The position numbers were made by a program, and so were the translations under genes. The notes under the pieces were generated by a model, which saw only the letters and a list, made by a program, of their open reading frames with translations, did no database searches and was not told the DNA's origin. A DNA stretch of 63,523 nt, counting the filler, from Rhabdomonas costata (Eukaryota): assembly GCA_019059605.1 (NCBI GenBank). It is 54 parts of 54 records of this genome, joined end to end, with 100 filler letters (N's around TTAATTAATTAA, not from the genome) between each part and the next. Parts side by side here need not be neighbours in the genome. Positions count along the whole stretch, not along the records: positions 24,751 to 25,827 come from JAHMHO010029785.1; positions 25,928 to 27,004 come from JAHMHO010029786.1; positions 27,105 to 28,182 come from JAHMHO010029787.1; positions 28,283 to 29,360 come from JAHMHO010029788.1; positions 29,461 to 30,538 come from JAHMHO010029789.1; positions 30,639 to 31,716 come from JAHMHO010029790.1; positions 31,817 to 32,893 come from JAHMHO010029791.1; positions 32,994 to 34,071 come from JAHMHO010029792.1; 46 more parts are not named here. The stretch is one strand, 5' to 3'. Every line of letters starts with the position of its first letter. Position 1 is the first letter of the stretch. This document shows positions 24,751 to 36,427 of the stretch, in pieces.

Positions 24751-25827
24751 TGTGTGTTGTGACTGTAGGAGTGACGCTGGCTGTGAAACGCATGGAATCG
24801 AGTGAGCTGGAGGAAGGCATGTTGGTGACCTGCAGGTCACCAGCAATATTACAGCCGCCTAAAAAAAAGGAGGTCAGGCCGGTGGGTAGGATCAAGCTAA
24901 GGGCCCCGGGAATGGTATTATAATAGAAGCTGAAGGTCCGGAGAGAGCTGGGCATGGAGCCGAGAGTTAGGCCCGAGCCAAAGGTACAGCTGTAGATCTG
25001 CAGGGTGGACAGCGAGCTGGGAAGGGTGCCAAGACTGAGGCCGGAACCAAAGGTACAGCTGTAAATCGACAGTGAGGTCAAAGTGCTGGGAAGATTCTGA
25101 ATCGTCAGGCCGCCCACAAAGGTAGCAGAGGAAATCGAGAGGTAGGTGGCGGAGGACAAGAACGAGAAGTCCAGCGTCCCCGTGCACTGGTGGCTGTACA
25201 GGAGCACAGTCGTCTGCGAGCTTGATACACCACGCGAGCTCGCCCACGCGGAAACGCTGCAGGTCGGGACGGCTGAAGGGCAGACCACAAACCAAGGCAG
25301 GCAGAATGACGTGGGACTGTCGAAGCAAAGTGGGCTGCATCACATTCCTCTAACCCTAAAAACAACAACCTCTAACACCACAACCGCTTCCATATGCTAT
25401 ATGCTATGGGTCAAGGGGCCCAATTTCGGAAGAAGAACCTGCCGTAGGGGAGGGGGGGCAAAGGGTGTATCCAACCCTCCCTGCCACAACACACCGCGTC
25501 TGAAGGGAGTGGCAAAGGAAACGGAAGCCGCATTTGATGTGTTTCCCGGTATAGTTCAGTACCGACATGGGAGGAAGAAAAACAAGACGGTTTCCTGGCA
25601 CCATCTGCTGCACTTCACTATGCACCAAATCCGGTCCAGCACAGCCTGCCAATAAGGCAAGTCAGAGTCAAAGTCTCCAGTCCCCGGAAAAAGTCACAAG
25701 AGCTTTCTTTTCTTGTCCATGACAAAGCAAAACCACAAAAGTGAACACCGGAGCAGCCCGAGAGGGTGAAGTTCCAGTATGGAGTGTCGCAGCTCACGCT
25801 CACAGCCCCCGGGTAACCAGAAGCGCA
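24751..25827 (-). CDS. Leucine-rich-repeat surface protein with an upstream Cys module; exons 25827-25749 and 25272-24751, both ends truncated
   Basis: About 23-aa repeats LPSxLxxLxIYSCTFGSGLxL; the upstream exon CASGYPGAVSVSC...FTLSGCS joins in phase 1. Confidence 0.85.
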
Positions 25828-25974
25828 NNNNNNNNNNNNNNNNNNNNNNNNNNNNNNNNNNNNNNNNNNNNTTAATTAATTAANNNNNNNNNNNNNNNNN
25901 NNNNNNNNNNNNNNNNNNNNNNNNNNNTCCTCAACATGGCCGACTCTTTCCTCCACACATTTTCTCACTCTCAG

Positions 25975-26159
25975 ACGGAGCTACTGCGGCCCTTGCTGGA
26001 GCCCTGCCTGCTTCCCGTGCTGCAGGCCAGCACCCCGCTCACGGGGCTTGTAGTGGTGCCGTCCATGGAGCTGCAGTTCCTACCTCTGGAGGCGTACCCA
26101 GGGTTCGAAACCCTGCCCTGCGTCACCCGGGACTTCTCCGTTCACCTGGCCTCGCAGCG
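25975..26159 (+). CDS. CFAP46: Cilia- and flagella-associated protein 46-like, C-terminal CHAT/separase-like region exon
   Basis: LVVVPSMELQFLPLEAYP...VTRDFSVHLASQR; the LPLE...RDFSxH pattern fits CFAP46 better than separase. Confidence 0.65.
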
Positions 26160-29100
26160 GTTGTTCTCTTTTTCCCCTACCGCACCACTCTCCACTCTCC
26201 ATTTAAGTGTGGGCAGGGGGGAGGTTCTATCTGCAGGTGCCGCTATGGATCTCATTCGACAGGATCATTGGTCATTGTGGTGAAATTGAAGTCGATCGGT
26301 GACGATCGTTTGTCTTGTTCTCTCATTCTTGGATTTTTGGGGTTCAAAGCGAGTTCAAACTAAATTTTTCTCGTTTTTCTCTCTTTTTTTTGTCGCATCC
26401 GTTCTTCGCTGATGGCAGTTTTTTTTTCATTACTTCCCTTATTCTGTCATTCCCTTCTGCTGATGTTTTAGCGGTTGCCACTGTACCCGTGCCTTAGTCG
26501 TTCCTGCCCTTCTTACCTTTTCTCATTCTTACGGTTTCTCATCTTCGTAGTTTTATCTCTTCTGCTTATTCAGTCTTTCAGTCGATGTTGCTTGGTTGAT
26601 CATGTATCTTCAAAACCTTGTTCTCGCGGAAGCAGTACCGGCCGTCACAGCCGTTATCGTTCGTAGGTCTTCGCAGGAATTCCATGGTAGTGTGAATTCG
26701 TCGGTGTTGTGCATGGACACGTGCTGACCCCCCCCCAGCCGACATCCCCAGCTCCTCAGCTGCTTTTTATTTGGCCCTAAATTCTGCCGGTTGTCCGGGA
26801 GGTTTGGACGTTTATTTTCTGCTCTTAAAATTGCACTGATCAAATCGAAGCGCCACTGACCCGGACGCGAATTTTTGCGAACCAATTTTGGGGCATACGA
26901 ATTTAGTGGGATCCCTGCTCTTCCGTGGAGCCCTTCTCCGACTGCCCACGATACTCTTTAGAGCACAGTCGGCTGGGGGGGGGTCAGCACGTGTCCACCC
27001 AACCNNNNNNNNNNNNNNNNNNNNNNNNNNNNNNNNNNNNNNNNNNNNTTAATTAATTAANNNNNNNNNNNNNNNNNNNNNNNNNNNNNNNNNNNNNNNN
27101 NNNNCAGCTTCTGGAGGGGGTCCAGCAGGCGATATTATGGCCAGCACCTCGTTTGCCTCCCTTCCTTGACTGCTGCTACGCGCCCGCACTTCCGTAATCC
27201 CCCGGCTTTCTTCTGTAAGAATCCTGTGGAATACAGACATAATACAACTCCCGTGTTAAGAGAGCGGGAAGTTTTTTTTTTGCACATCTCGTGCTGTCCT
27301 GGTTCAGCCATTGGTAGTATGAACGGGAGGTATTATGACGGTCACTCGCGTGTATCTAGAAACCGTCCATTTCGTTGGAAACGGGGTGCACGTGGCTTTC
27401 TTCTTTGCCTGTTATGGCCTGTCGCTCCCCCGAACTTGATTGGGTTGGATTCTGGGTTTTGGGTAACCTTATTGATATCGATGAGTTTTCCGTTTTACAT
27501 GAACTCACAAACACACTCTCTTGTTGTGGACCTGTTGAACTTGTGCTTTTTTGGTTTTGTTTTCGCTTTGGTGACTGGGCGATCCTTCTTGCATTCTCGC
27601 TGCAACCCCTGAAATTGTGTGTACAGTGTTTGATGCATTCTGTGTCTCTTGTTTGTCGCGCTCTCGCTCCCGCCCGCGCGCATGCGCGTCCCAACTCCTC
27701 GAGATGTCCATCTCAAGGCGAGCGCTTCAAGAGCGTCCACTTCGTTCCGCTAGCCGTATACGCATGACTTCATGACTTTGAACGCACCCATGCAAGCAAG
27801 GGCCAGCACGCCCCTGATGAGGGGTGGAGGCTTAACCCGATTCCCCGTAAGACTGCATTGCAGAGCAAGTGTCGAGCGATAACCGGCTCATTCGCTTCAC
27901 ACACGTGTCCAACCACACGAACCAAACTCATTCCTCCTCCTTGTCGAACTACAGCTGCCATATCTTACCGTGTTCTGCTCTCGTGTTTGCTCCCACCCTT
28001 TGAATGTGCGTTGGCTAAGGACACACAGTGCCTTTTAACTCACACACGAAGCACTGTGTTAAGGAGTGCGAGGAATATATCGGGTGAGTGACTTCCGCTT
28101 GTACAGTGGATGACGGTAAGTCTGTTCCCATTCTTGTTTCTTTTGTGCTCACCACCCACAACCACTAAACACACCTAACACANNNNNNNNNNNNNNNNNN
28201 NNNNNNNNNNNNNNNNNNNNNNNNNNTTAATTAATTAANNNNNNNNNNNNNNNNNNNNNNNNNNNNNNNNNNNNNNNNNNNNAGGGAGAAATAGAGGGGA
28301 AGGGGATGCATGGGAGACAGTCTCAGATGCCAAAGTTGTCCAGCGGGGCCAGCACCCGCCATTGGCCGTCGACGTACCGAATAGGATTGGGCTCTGCAAA
28401 GCCCCCCACACCCAAAGATGCAATCCCACGTCACAGGACGTGCGACGGAAGTGAGGTCTGCAAGAATGCGGGGACATTACCCTAAACCGCGACGAACATG
28501 GAGAAAAAATATACAAAGCATATAAATGCAGATTACCACCACAATGTTGTTCTAAGTCACCCCCGCACCCCAAGACCGAAGACAAAATGGCTCGACGCGT
28601 GTGGTGCAGGACCTGTGCGTGCGTGCGTGGAAGATGCGAATCCAAGGGATGGCGTGGATGACGTGTGGGGGACTAAATCAAGGCTTCACCATAGGAGGTG
28701 ACATATCGCTCACTTTTTGTTGATGGTATGGTATGGGACCAAAATGGGCAAGACATCCACAGGAGGCAGGCCTACGCCTACTACCACAGGATGACGGGCA
28801 GGAAATGGAAATGCCTGAATTTTGCGTCGAGCGATACCTTTCTTAACGGCGACGGAATTGGTGAAAGAGGGTGTATGTGGTTGTGTGTGCGGTGTTTGTA
28901 AACCGGAGGTCCAGTTCTCGCGGCGGGTGTCCAGGTCGGCGAGGATTCCGGCGTCCTCGTGGAGGTGGTAGTGGCGCATTCCCCCGCTGGTGCGGGTCTG
29001 CGGCGCCGCCACCATCACCACCCGCCCACAATTGTCCGGGTTCCGAGTCCGCTCAAACCTAAGCGCCGGGATGTGTCTATGTACGGCCGCTTTTCATCGT

Positions 29101-29460
29101 CCATCGCTGATGAACGAAGCGCATGTGCCATTAGTTGACGAGCCGCACAAATGCAGCACAGCAGAACACAACAGTATAGAGATGCGGCTGATCAGTGAAG
29201 CTCTTGTCTCGGTCTTGTGGAAGTCCCTTGCCTTCTGCGCCCGTGACGGGTGTGTGTGCCTGCAGCCTCTTGGTTACGGTGTGACGCACGCACGGGACAT
29301 GGCCAGAGTATGCTCACTTCCCGAGCTCCGTGCCTAAAATTGAGGATCAATTGCTCAGTGNNNNNNNNNNNNNNNNNNNNNNNNNNNNNNNNNNNNNNNN
29401 NNNNTTAATTAATTAANNNNNNNNNNNNNNNNNNNNNNNNNNNNNNNNNNNNNNNNNNNN

Positions 29461-30537
29461 GGTGTTTGTGACAGAAGCGTAGGCAGTGATGATTAGGGCG
29501 GACCCACTAATGGCGAAGCATGCGACTCCCACGCACGCTGGCAGGGCGTATGGAGAGCCGTGGAGCAGATAAAACACCCCTCCGCTCAGCAGCCCAAAGC
29601 ACAACATTGCACGAGATCCGTAACGGTCGTTCAGGGTGCCCATCACACTACCCCCAACAGCGTAGAACGCCGCTGAGAGGGCGTAGAGGGAGCCCACAAC
29701 GGCAGGGGAAAGGTCAAATCTCGCTTTGAAGTAAAGGGGCAGCCCTGCAGAGCGAAAAGTGAATCCCAGACCTGCAAAGAAGACCGCCAAAATAGGCAAG
29801 ACCACTTCCATTGGCTGAGCCCATGGTTGGCCACGTTCGCACTTTTCCGCGCTGCCCTGGAGATGCACGGCCTCAGAGACGCGCTTCGTGCTCTGAGCGG
29901 CTTTTGTTTGCGCACACGTTCGGTGGATCAGGTGCAGCGGAAGAATGGCCAAGCCCACAGCACCTCCTGCCACTGCAAAGGGAAGCAAAAAGCCCCCCCA
30001 TTTGTACAGCAGGCCGCCCAAGGAAGCCCCAATGGCAAAGCCAACACCAACAAAGGTCTCAAAGCGACCCACCTGGGTCCCTGTGCTGTCCGAAAACTCT
30101 TCCGCCAGGCATACGATGCTGGCGGAAGAGATCAGGCAACGCCCACACGACTGCAGGGCCCGAGTAGCGACGAAAAGATAGAAGCTCTTCGACCCCACAG
30201 CAACGAACGGAACCACTCCAAATAGCAATGTGCCAAGGCACAGGAACGTAAGCCCGGCAGACAATACCGGCCGGTACCCGTACAGGGAGCACATCCAGCC
30301 AAAGGGGGTGGAACTGCAAGCACAGACCACGGAGTACGTGGAGAAAATTGCTCCAACAGCAGGCAACGAAATGCCTAAAGCCTGTGCTTCAGGGGGAAGG
30401 ATTGCCGATGCGGTACCCAGGCAGAGGTGGCACACCGTGGCCTGAGCAAAGCATGCGCAAAGTATCACGCGCTGTCGCCAGCTCTGGCGAGCGCAGTCGT
30501 CAGCCAGCGGCTCGTCCCCGACAATGTACCCAACCAC
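29461..30537 (-). CDS. MFS transporter, SLC18B1/vesicular amine transporter-like; intronless over the contig, 3'-truncated
   Basis: About 360-aa open frame with about 11 hydrophobic helices; MFS motif A (GWMCSLYGYR, GTLNDRYGSR), RALQSCG, and GFAIGASLGGLLYKWGGFLLPF. Confidence 0.92.
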
Positions 30538-31156
30538 CNNNNNNNNNNNNNNNNNNNNNNNNNNNNNNNNNNNNNNNNNNNNTTAATTAATTAANNNNNN
30601 NNNNNNNNNNNNNNNNNNNNNNNNNNNNNNNNNNNNNNGTGGGTTTTTCTGAAACATGCGGATTTTGGAATCGGACAGATTGATTATTCATAACGGCGTG
30701 GTATCTGGTCAGCAGGCCGGAAGAAGTGAGTTTTTTTTGGCATGTTCTCAAGGTATTGTCTTGTCAAGCTCCCCATTTTTGTTGGACATCACGCGTCACA
30801 TTTCAGTTGATTAGTTCACGAATTACAAAAGTTCATGGCGATATATGGAACCGAATAGCCTCTCCCTCTGATTCTTGTCCACTCAATGCACTAAACGTAG
30901 AGGTGTCCGATCCGATCAGGAAAGAAGAACAACGGCATCTCTTGATGCATCCTGATCACATCCAGAGGACTGCAAGTACACTCGTACTGAGGATACCCTG
31001 GAACCAACTTGCAACCATCGGCAACTGAAGCACTGAACTCCGTTTGGTTTTGGAGCACATGGGACACTACGTTCAATGGGAAGCAAATACATCCACACTC
31101 AGAGGGAAACAAGTCATACAACACCCACCCACCCAAACACATACACACACACACAC

Positions 31157-31277
31157 CAGGATACACCAGCTCCTCCAGAAAGTAAGCCTTGTGCTCCGTC
31201 CCCGTGCCGTGGCCCAGGCAGCGCACCACGTTGCGGTGGCTGAGCTCGCTAAGCTTCTTCTTTTCCCGTTGAAAGGC
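31157..31277 (-). CDS. Protein kinase exon (subdomains III-V)
   Basis: AFQREKKKLSELSHRNVVRCLG...YFLEELVYPG; bounded by ctgcag| and |gtgtg. Confidence 0.8.
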
Positions 31278-32156
31278 CTGCAGCAAACACCCACACACAC
31301 CCACACCAACAGGGACACTGCCCTGCCCGACTTCAGACCACCGTGACTCGCGCTCAGCTGCGGTGCAAAACCCTCTCCGCAGACTGAATTGCATACCGTT
31401 TCCATCCAAGGAGAGAACACACACTTTGGCAATTGGCGAAGGCAAGTTTTTTCTGGGGAAAGGCATGCAATTCCCACCTCGAGGGAGACCCAATGACCAA
31501 TGGGCCTTTTCCCCTTCTCTGTCAGCTCTGCGCCTCGCTGCCTCGCCCTACTCTCCTGTATCTAAGGGTTGGCATCCACCTCGGGACGTATGGCCGGTAA
31601 TGCATAGTGGTGCACATGGGGCCTTGGGAACCCCGACTAGCGCATTCTGAGTACTCTTCATGGGGGGGGGCAACACACACACACACACACACACCTGCAG
31701 CAAACAACCCAACACANNNNNNNNNNNNNNNNNNNNNNNNNNNNNNNNNNNNNNNNNNNNTTAATTAATTAANNNNNNNNNNNNNNNNNNNNNNNNNNNN
31801 NNNNNNNNNNNNNNNNGGGTGTGTTGCTGAAAAAAACCAGAACCGAAAACCAGACCCGAAAATACAAGAGGCTCAACCAGACGGTGCTTTTCGGGGTGGG
31901 ATTCTTCCGAAAGCATTCTTATAGTGAAGCGATAAAGCGTGCCAGACTTGCTGGAGAAACACGTCTTTCTTCCATCGTATGCTTGTCATCCAACGCTGCG
32001 CTCTGAATTCCCCCTTGGAGCGAGGCGTTCATGGTGCGAAAGCAACACACTTGTCTTTTCGGGTCTGGTTTTCGGTTCTGGTTTTTTTCAGCAACGCATC
32101 CCCGCTCCTGTGAATTTTAGTATTTGTATGTGTTCCTGTTTCTTTCGTGCCTGCAG

Positions 32157-32342
32157 CCGGGTGGGTTTGTCAAAAGGAGGGGCCTGGACGACTGGTTGGC
32201 ACAGTTTTGGGAGCAGGAGCGCTCCCACGTCTCTGACTACACCTTTATGCGGATCCAGTACAGGGCGATGCAGAACGCCACCCGGGGCCTCCCTCTGCCG
32301 AACTTCTTCCGCACCACGGCGTGCTGCGTGATGCTCAACCGG
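32157..32342 (+). CDS. Exon of an unidentified protein
   Basis: 186-nt phase 0-0 exon, strongly GC3-biased: PGGFVKRRGLDDWLAQFWEQERSHVSDYTFMRIQYRAMQ... Confidence 0.65.
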
Positions 32343-35300
32343 GTGTGCGCCTCTTCCCTCCATTGTGACCTTTGCCTTTGTAAGTTGACGAATGGTCACA
32401 GGTCACAGGTCATAGGTCCGTTTGCTGCGTTGGGTGAGTGTGCTTCTGAGATTTTTAGCCGTATCCCGGTCTCTTTTGCCACGTGCTGCTTTCGGTTTCC
32501 CTGCATTGTCGGTGTCAGACCGCTTTGAGCTGCTGAGGGCGATTCTGTCCTGTGAAGCATTGAACAACCCGTGTCCTCACTTGGATCAAATTCCCACTGA
32601 TGGCCACTGCACACACACGCACACATCGAAATCTGACGTGACATCCCATGAACGTATGGTTGTTTTGTGCATAATCATAAACTTCAATGTTCTCCCACTC
32701 TGTACGTAAACCTGTACCTCTCTGGTAGAAACTCAACACGGACATACATTGTCATTTTCGGCGTCATCGCTCTTGTTTCGGAAGGAAATTATTCGGAGGG
32801 AATTAACTGGAAACAATCATGAGCCGTTTACTGCCAACATGACATAGCTTACTGGAGCTGTCCCATCCCCAACAACCCAACCACACCCAACACNNNNNNN
32901 NNNNNNNNNNNNNNNNNNNNNNNNNNNNNNNNNNNNNTTAATTAATTAANNNNNNNNNNNNNNNNNNNNNNNNNNNNNNNNNNNNNNNNNNNNGGGGTGG
33001 TTTTGCTGACAAACACAAAACAAGAGTTCTCTGGTGCTGAGTTTGCGGTGCAACGTAATTTAGAAATGTCTTGAATTATTTTGGTCTTTATTGTGCCAAG
33101 CTGACTTTCCTGCTACTACAATGCGAGAAACAGCACTAGAAAAAAGCTCAAAAAATAAACTCACCCCTCGTTCTTGAGTACTTCTTTTTGGTGGCGTTCT
33201 CGGGAGATGAGGAGTGGCGGGAGGCTTCGCAGAGTCGTCCAGACGCAAATGACTATGAAAGCTTGGCGATACTCGCCGTCCCTGCAGATTCAAAACCCCA
33301 ACAAAACAAACCGGCTCCGATCCTCCGTTTCGAATAAGAAAATCAGAGAATTCCGAAATTCGAAGCATTCAACCTTTGGCCCATGCGTAGGATTTCCGAG
33401 AAGAAAGGAGTGCCACGAATTGTTGCTCCTCCACTTCAGAAGGTCGAAGAGAGAGCCAAGCCTGGGAATCAGACCAGAAACCGCCACCAACCGCAACCAC
33501 ACATGAATGATACCAACGTGGGGAAGGAATAAGGATCCTTAATTTAAAAAACGCTGGGGCAATTTTCCCAGAAAAACCTGTCGTTCTCCGCTTCTTGCGT
33601 GGATGAGGGCTTCCTTTGTTCAACGGAGGCAGTGACCGAAGCTTTGACGCCTGCGCAACAAAGCATGGGTGGTCGAAATTCAGTCTAAGGAAAAATATAT
33701 CTGCATCATCCTGAACACCAGCAAAAGGATAATGATATCGGCCGATTCAGGACACCATTGATTGTTGAAAAAAGTATACAAACACAAACATCAAGATCTT
33801 GCTGCTGTGTGCAGGCAGCTTTTGCCCTTTTGTTCTTGCTGCGTGCTTGAGTGGGACGAAAGAGCAAACATCACGGAAAAAAGAAAAAGCAACACTAAAC
33901 TTGTTGCAGACTTGTCACAACGAAGCTTCGAAGCTGATGATGAAAATCAGTCCCCCGAGGAAACGAGGAAAGAATAACAAATGCCATGTGAGCTTACGCA
34001 GCCCCAAATAAAACAGAACTCAACAAAGCCAGCGATGCATACATCACCCCCTCCCCCTTCTCCCAAAAAAANNNNNNNNNNNNNNNNNNNNNNNNNNNNN
34101 NNNNNNNNNNNNNNNTTAATTAATTAANNNNNNNNNNNNNNNNNNNNNNNNNNNNNNNNNNNNNNNNNNNNGCAACCCTGTTTGCATTTTTTCCTTTGGT
34201 AGATACCTTTTCACCTTCTCACGTTTGATTGTGGTGCAAGACCTGTGGAAACTTTTCATAGTGCGGGACCTCGCGAGCGCGCTAATTGACTGCTGGAATT
34301 TCGCCTGTGTTGTGATCCCTTTCTGGTTTTGTGGGAATTGTGGGAAGAGGCCCCCGAACAAGAGGAATGCACCTCGCCGGTCTGAGCGTGGAGCTGCGGT
34401 GCTGCAGTGCGTGCTTTGTGGGAATGGCAGGGCTTGGGGCGGCGGCTTCAGCGTTGCTGGGGAAGCCTGGTGGAGGTGTGGTGGTTGTGAGAGTGGCAGT
34501 GCTTGGCTTCGGCATTGCTGGGGGGACCTCTCTGCTTTGGGGGGTGCTCCGCTCCGTTCCAAAGGTAGCTGTTTGGATCGCTTTCAGAGAAGCCCCTTTG
34601 GACGTTTTGCTTGGGCGGTGGCGGTGAAGCTCCAAAAACCGACTGCAATTGTTTCGTCATGGGATTTTACGAGGTTGCCCGGCAAAAGTTTTCGTCACGG
34701 ATGTTATTTTCCAGTGGGGTGTTCCCATTCACAATCGCCATTTCTTGTAGAAGTTCCAAAAGAAATGTTCACGTCAGAATCCATACTCACCATTCGTGCT
34801 ACAACTGAGCCAAAGTTAGCCTAACTCCATCTCTCACGTTCACCGAACTCTCTCTGCCCACCAGCGTTCTTGTTAACGCCAGACGTCGTCCGTGAAATTT
34901 CCTGCAGTTTTTTTTCCGTCCTCTGGAACTTCATCGCCGCCGAAACTCTGCAGTGAATAAGCCAACTTCTCAAGCCGCCCCTCTGGGTTCTTTCTCCCTT
35001 ATCTTCTTCTGAACGTCGTTTTCTTCGCAAACGAGCTTGCAATATTTCGACTGTCGGGGCCCTTTTCTGGGTGCGGAGAGGGTCCACCGTCGGTCGTCCA
35101 TCGACGGCCATAAGAATGCTGCAACCCTTCCCACGTCATCCAGCCGTTCACACCTCAATCGCTAGAGATCTGTGCTAATCAAATCAAGGGTTCCCACTTC
35201 CCGTCAACTGGTTTTCCCACTGACTCCGTGCGGCCTTTTCCTAACGTCGNNNNNNNNNNNNNNNNNNNNNNNNNNNNNNNNNNNNNNNNNNNNTTAATTA

Positions 35301-36187
35301 ATTAANNNNNNNNNNNNNNNNNNNNNNNNNNNNNNNNNNNNNNNNNNNNTGTTGTTTTGTGCCCTGTCCCGTCCCTTCGCCCCCTGCCCTTCCTCTTCTT
35401 CCACGTTCGTGGATACCCTTCCGGAAGTTTTGGACTGGGATGTTTTCTTCAATTTGCTTTCTTTGTCCCGTTTTCCCTTTGTGCTTTTTGGTTTGCCTCC
35501 TCATGTTGCTCGGGAGCTTTCGGCCATACGATGTTTTCTCCGCCTTCCGCGCAACCCGTACATTTCTTTGTTTTGTGTTGGATAATTCCGACCTTTTCAC
35601 TTTCCTGTTTCTTTTTTGTTTACCTTTTCCGCATGTGCTCCGGTGTGAAGGCTTGGTGTTTCTGCAGTTCCTGGGAAAACCCTTTCACTGCTGGCTGCAT
35701 TTGCGTCTCCTCGGACAACTTTTGGTGGATTGCACAATGGGAGGATTTCGAGGAATTTAGAAGCCCTCATGTTGGATTTTGTATCATATCGTCACAACCC
35801 ACTCATCGGACGAGTCTAAATCTGCCTAATGTCTGATACATTCTGGTACATCTGGTGGTTATGCGTATGTTGCAGTATGTGTCTGCCTACTTTGTTCTTT
35901 TGTCCTTGCGTCCGTCTCTGTCGCAGCAGTGACACCTTTTTTTTGGATATCCTTGGTCAAGGAATACTCTGGACAAATCTGTTTTTGTTTCGATCTGCTG
36001 GACTCCTGGTCCCGCCCACGTCTTTTTCTCACGCGAAGAAGTAATTGCCGGAATGAATCGAATTACTGCAGCTCGCTGTCCATTCCACGGCTTTTCCCTT
36101 TGAGGAGAGCTTGAGGCTAGAACCTCCCATACTCTTGGTTTCTTCCGTTGCACAGCGTTTACGTACACCTATCTTTTGCCCCTGAGC

Positions 36188-36427
36188 ATGCCCCGTCGCC
36201 AGAACATTATCTTGTTTGCCAGTGCCCTTTCGTCAAGGACGATGTCCACTCGGGCGGATAGTCCAAGGCAGGTCGACATCATCGAGTGCCCTAGGGACGC
36301 AATGCAGGGTCTTACTTCGTTTGTCCCCACGTACAGGAAGATCCGGTACATCAACGAGTTGCTGAAGGTGGGCTTCCATACCATCGACTGCGGCAGCTTT
36401 GTCCCTGCCGCGGCGGTCCCCCACACA
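36188..36427 (+). CDS. HMGCL: Hydroxymethylglutaryl-CoA lyase N-terminus, with a probable mitochondrial presequence; 3'-truncated
   Basis: VDIIECPRDAMQG...PTYRKIRYINELLKVGFHTIDCGSFV is the DRE-TIM metallolyase N-terminal motif; the leader is R/S-rich and acid-poor. Confidence 0.92.
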
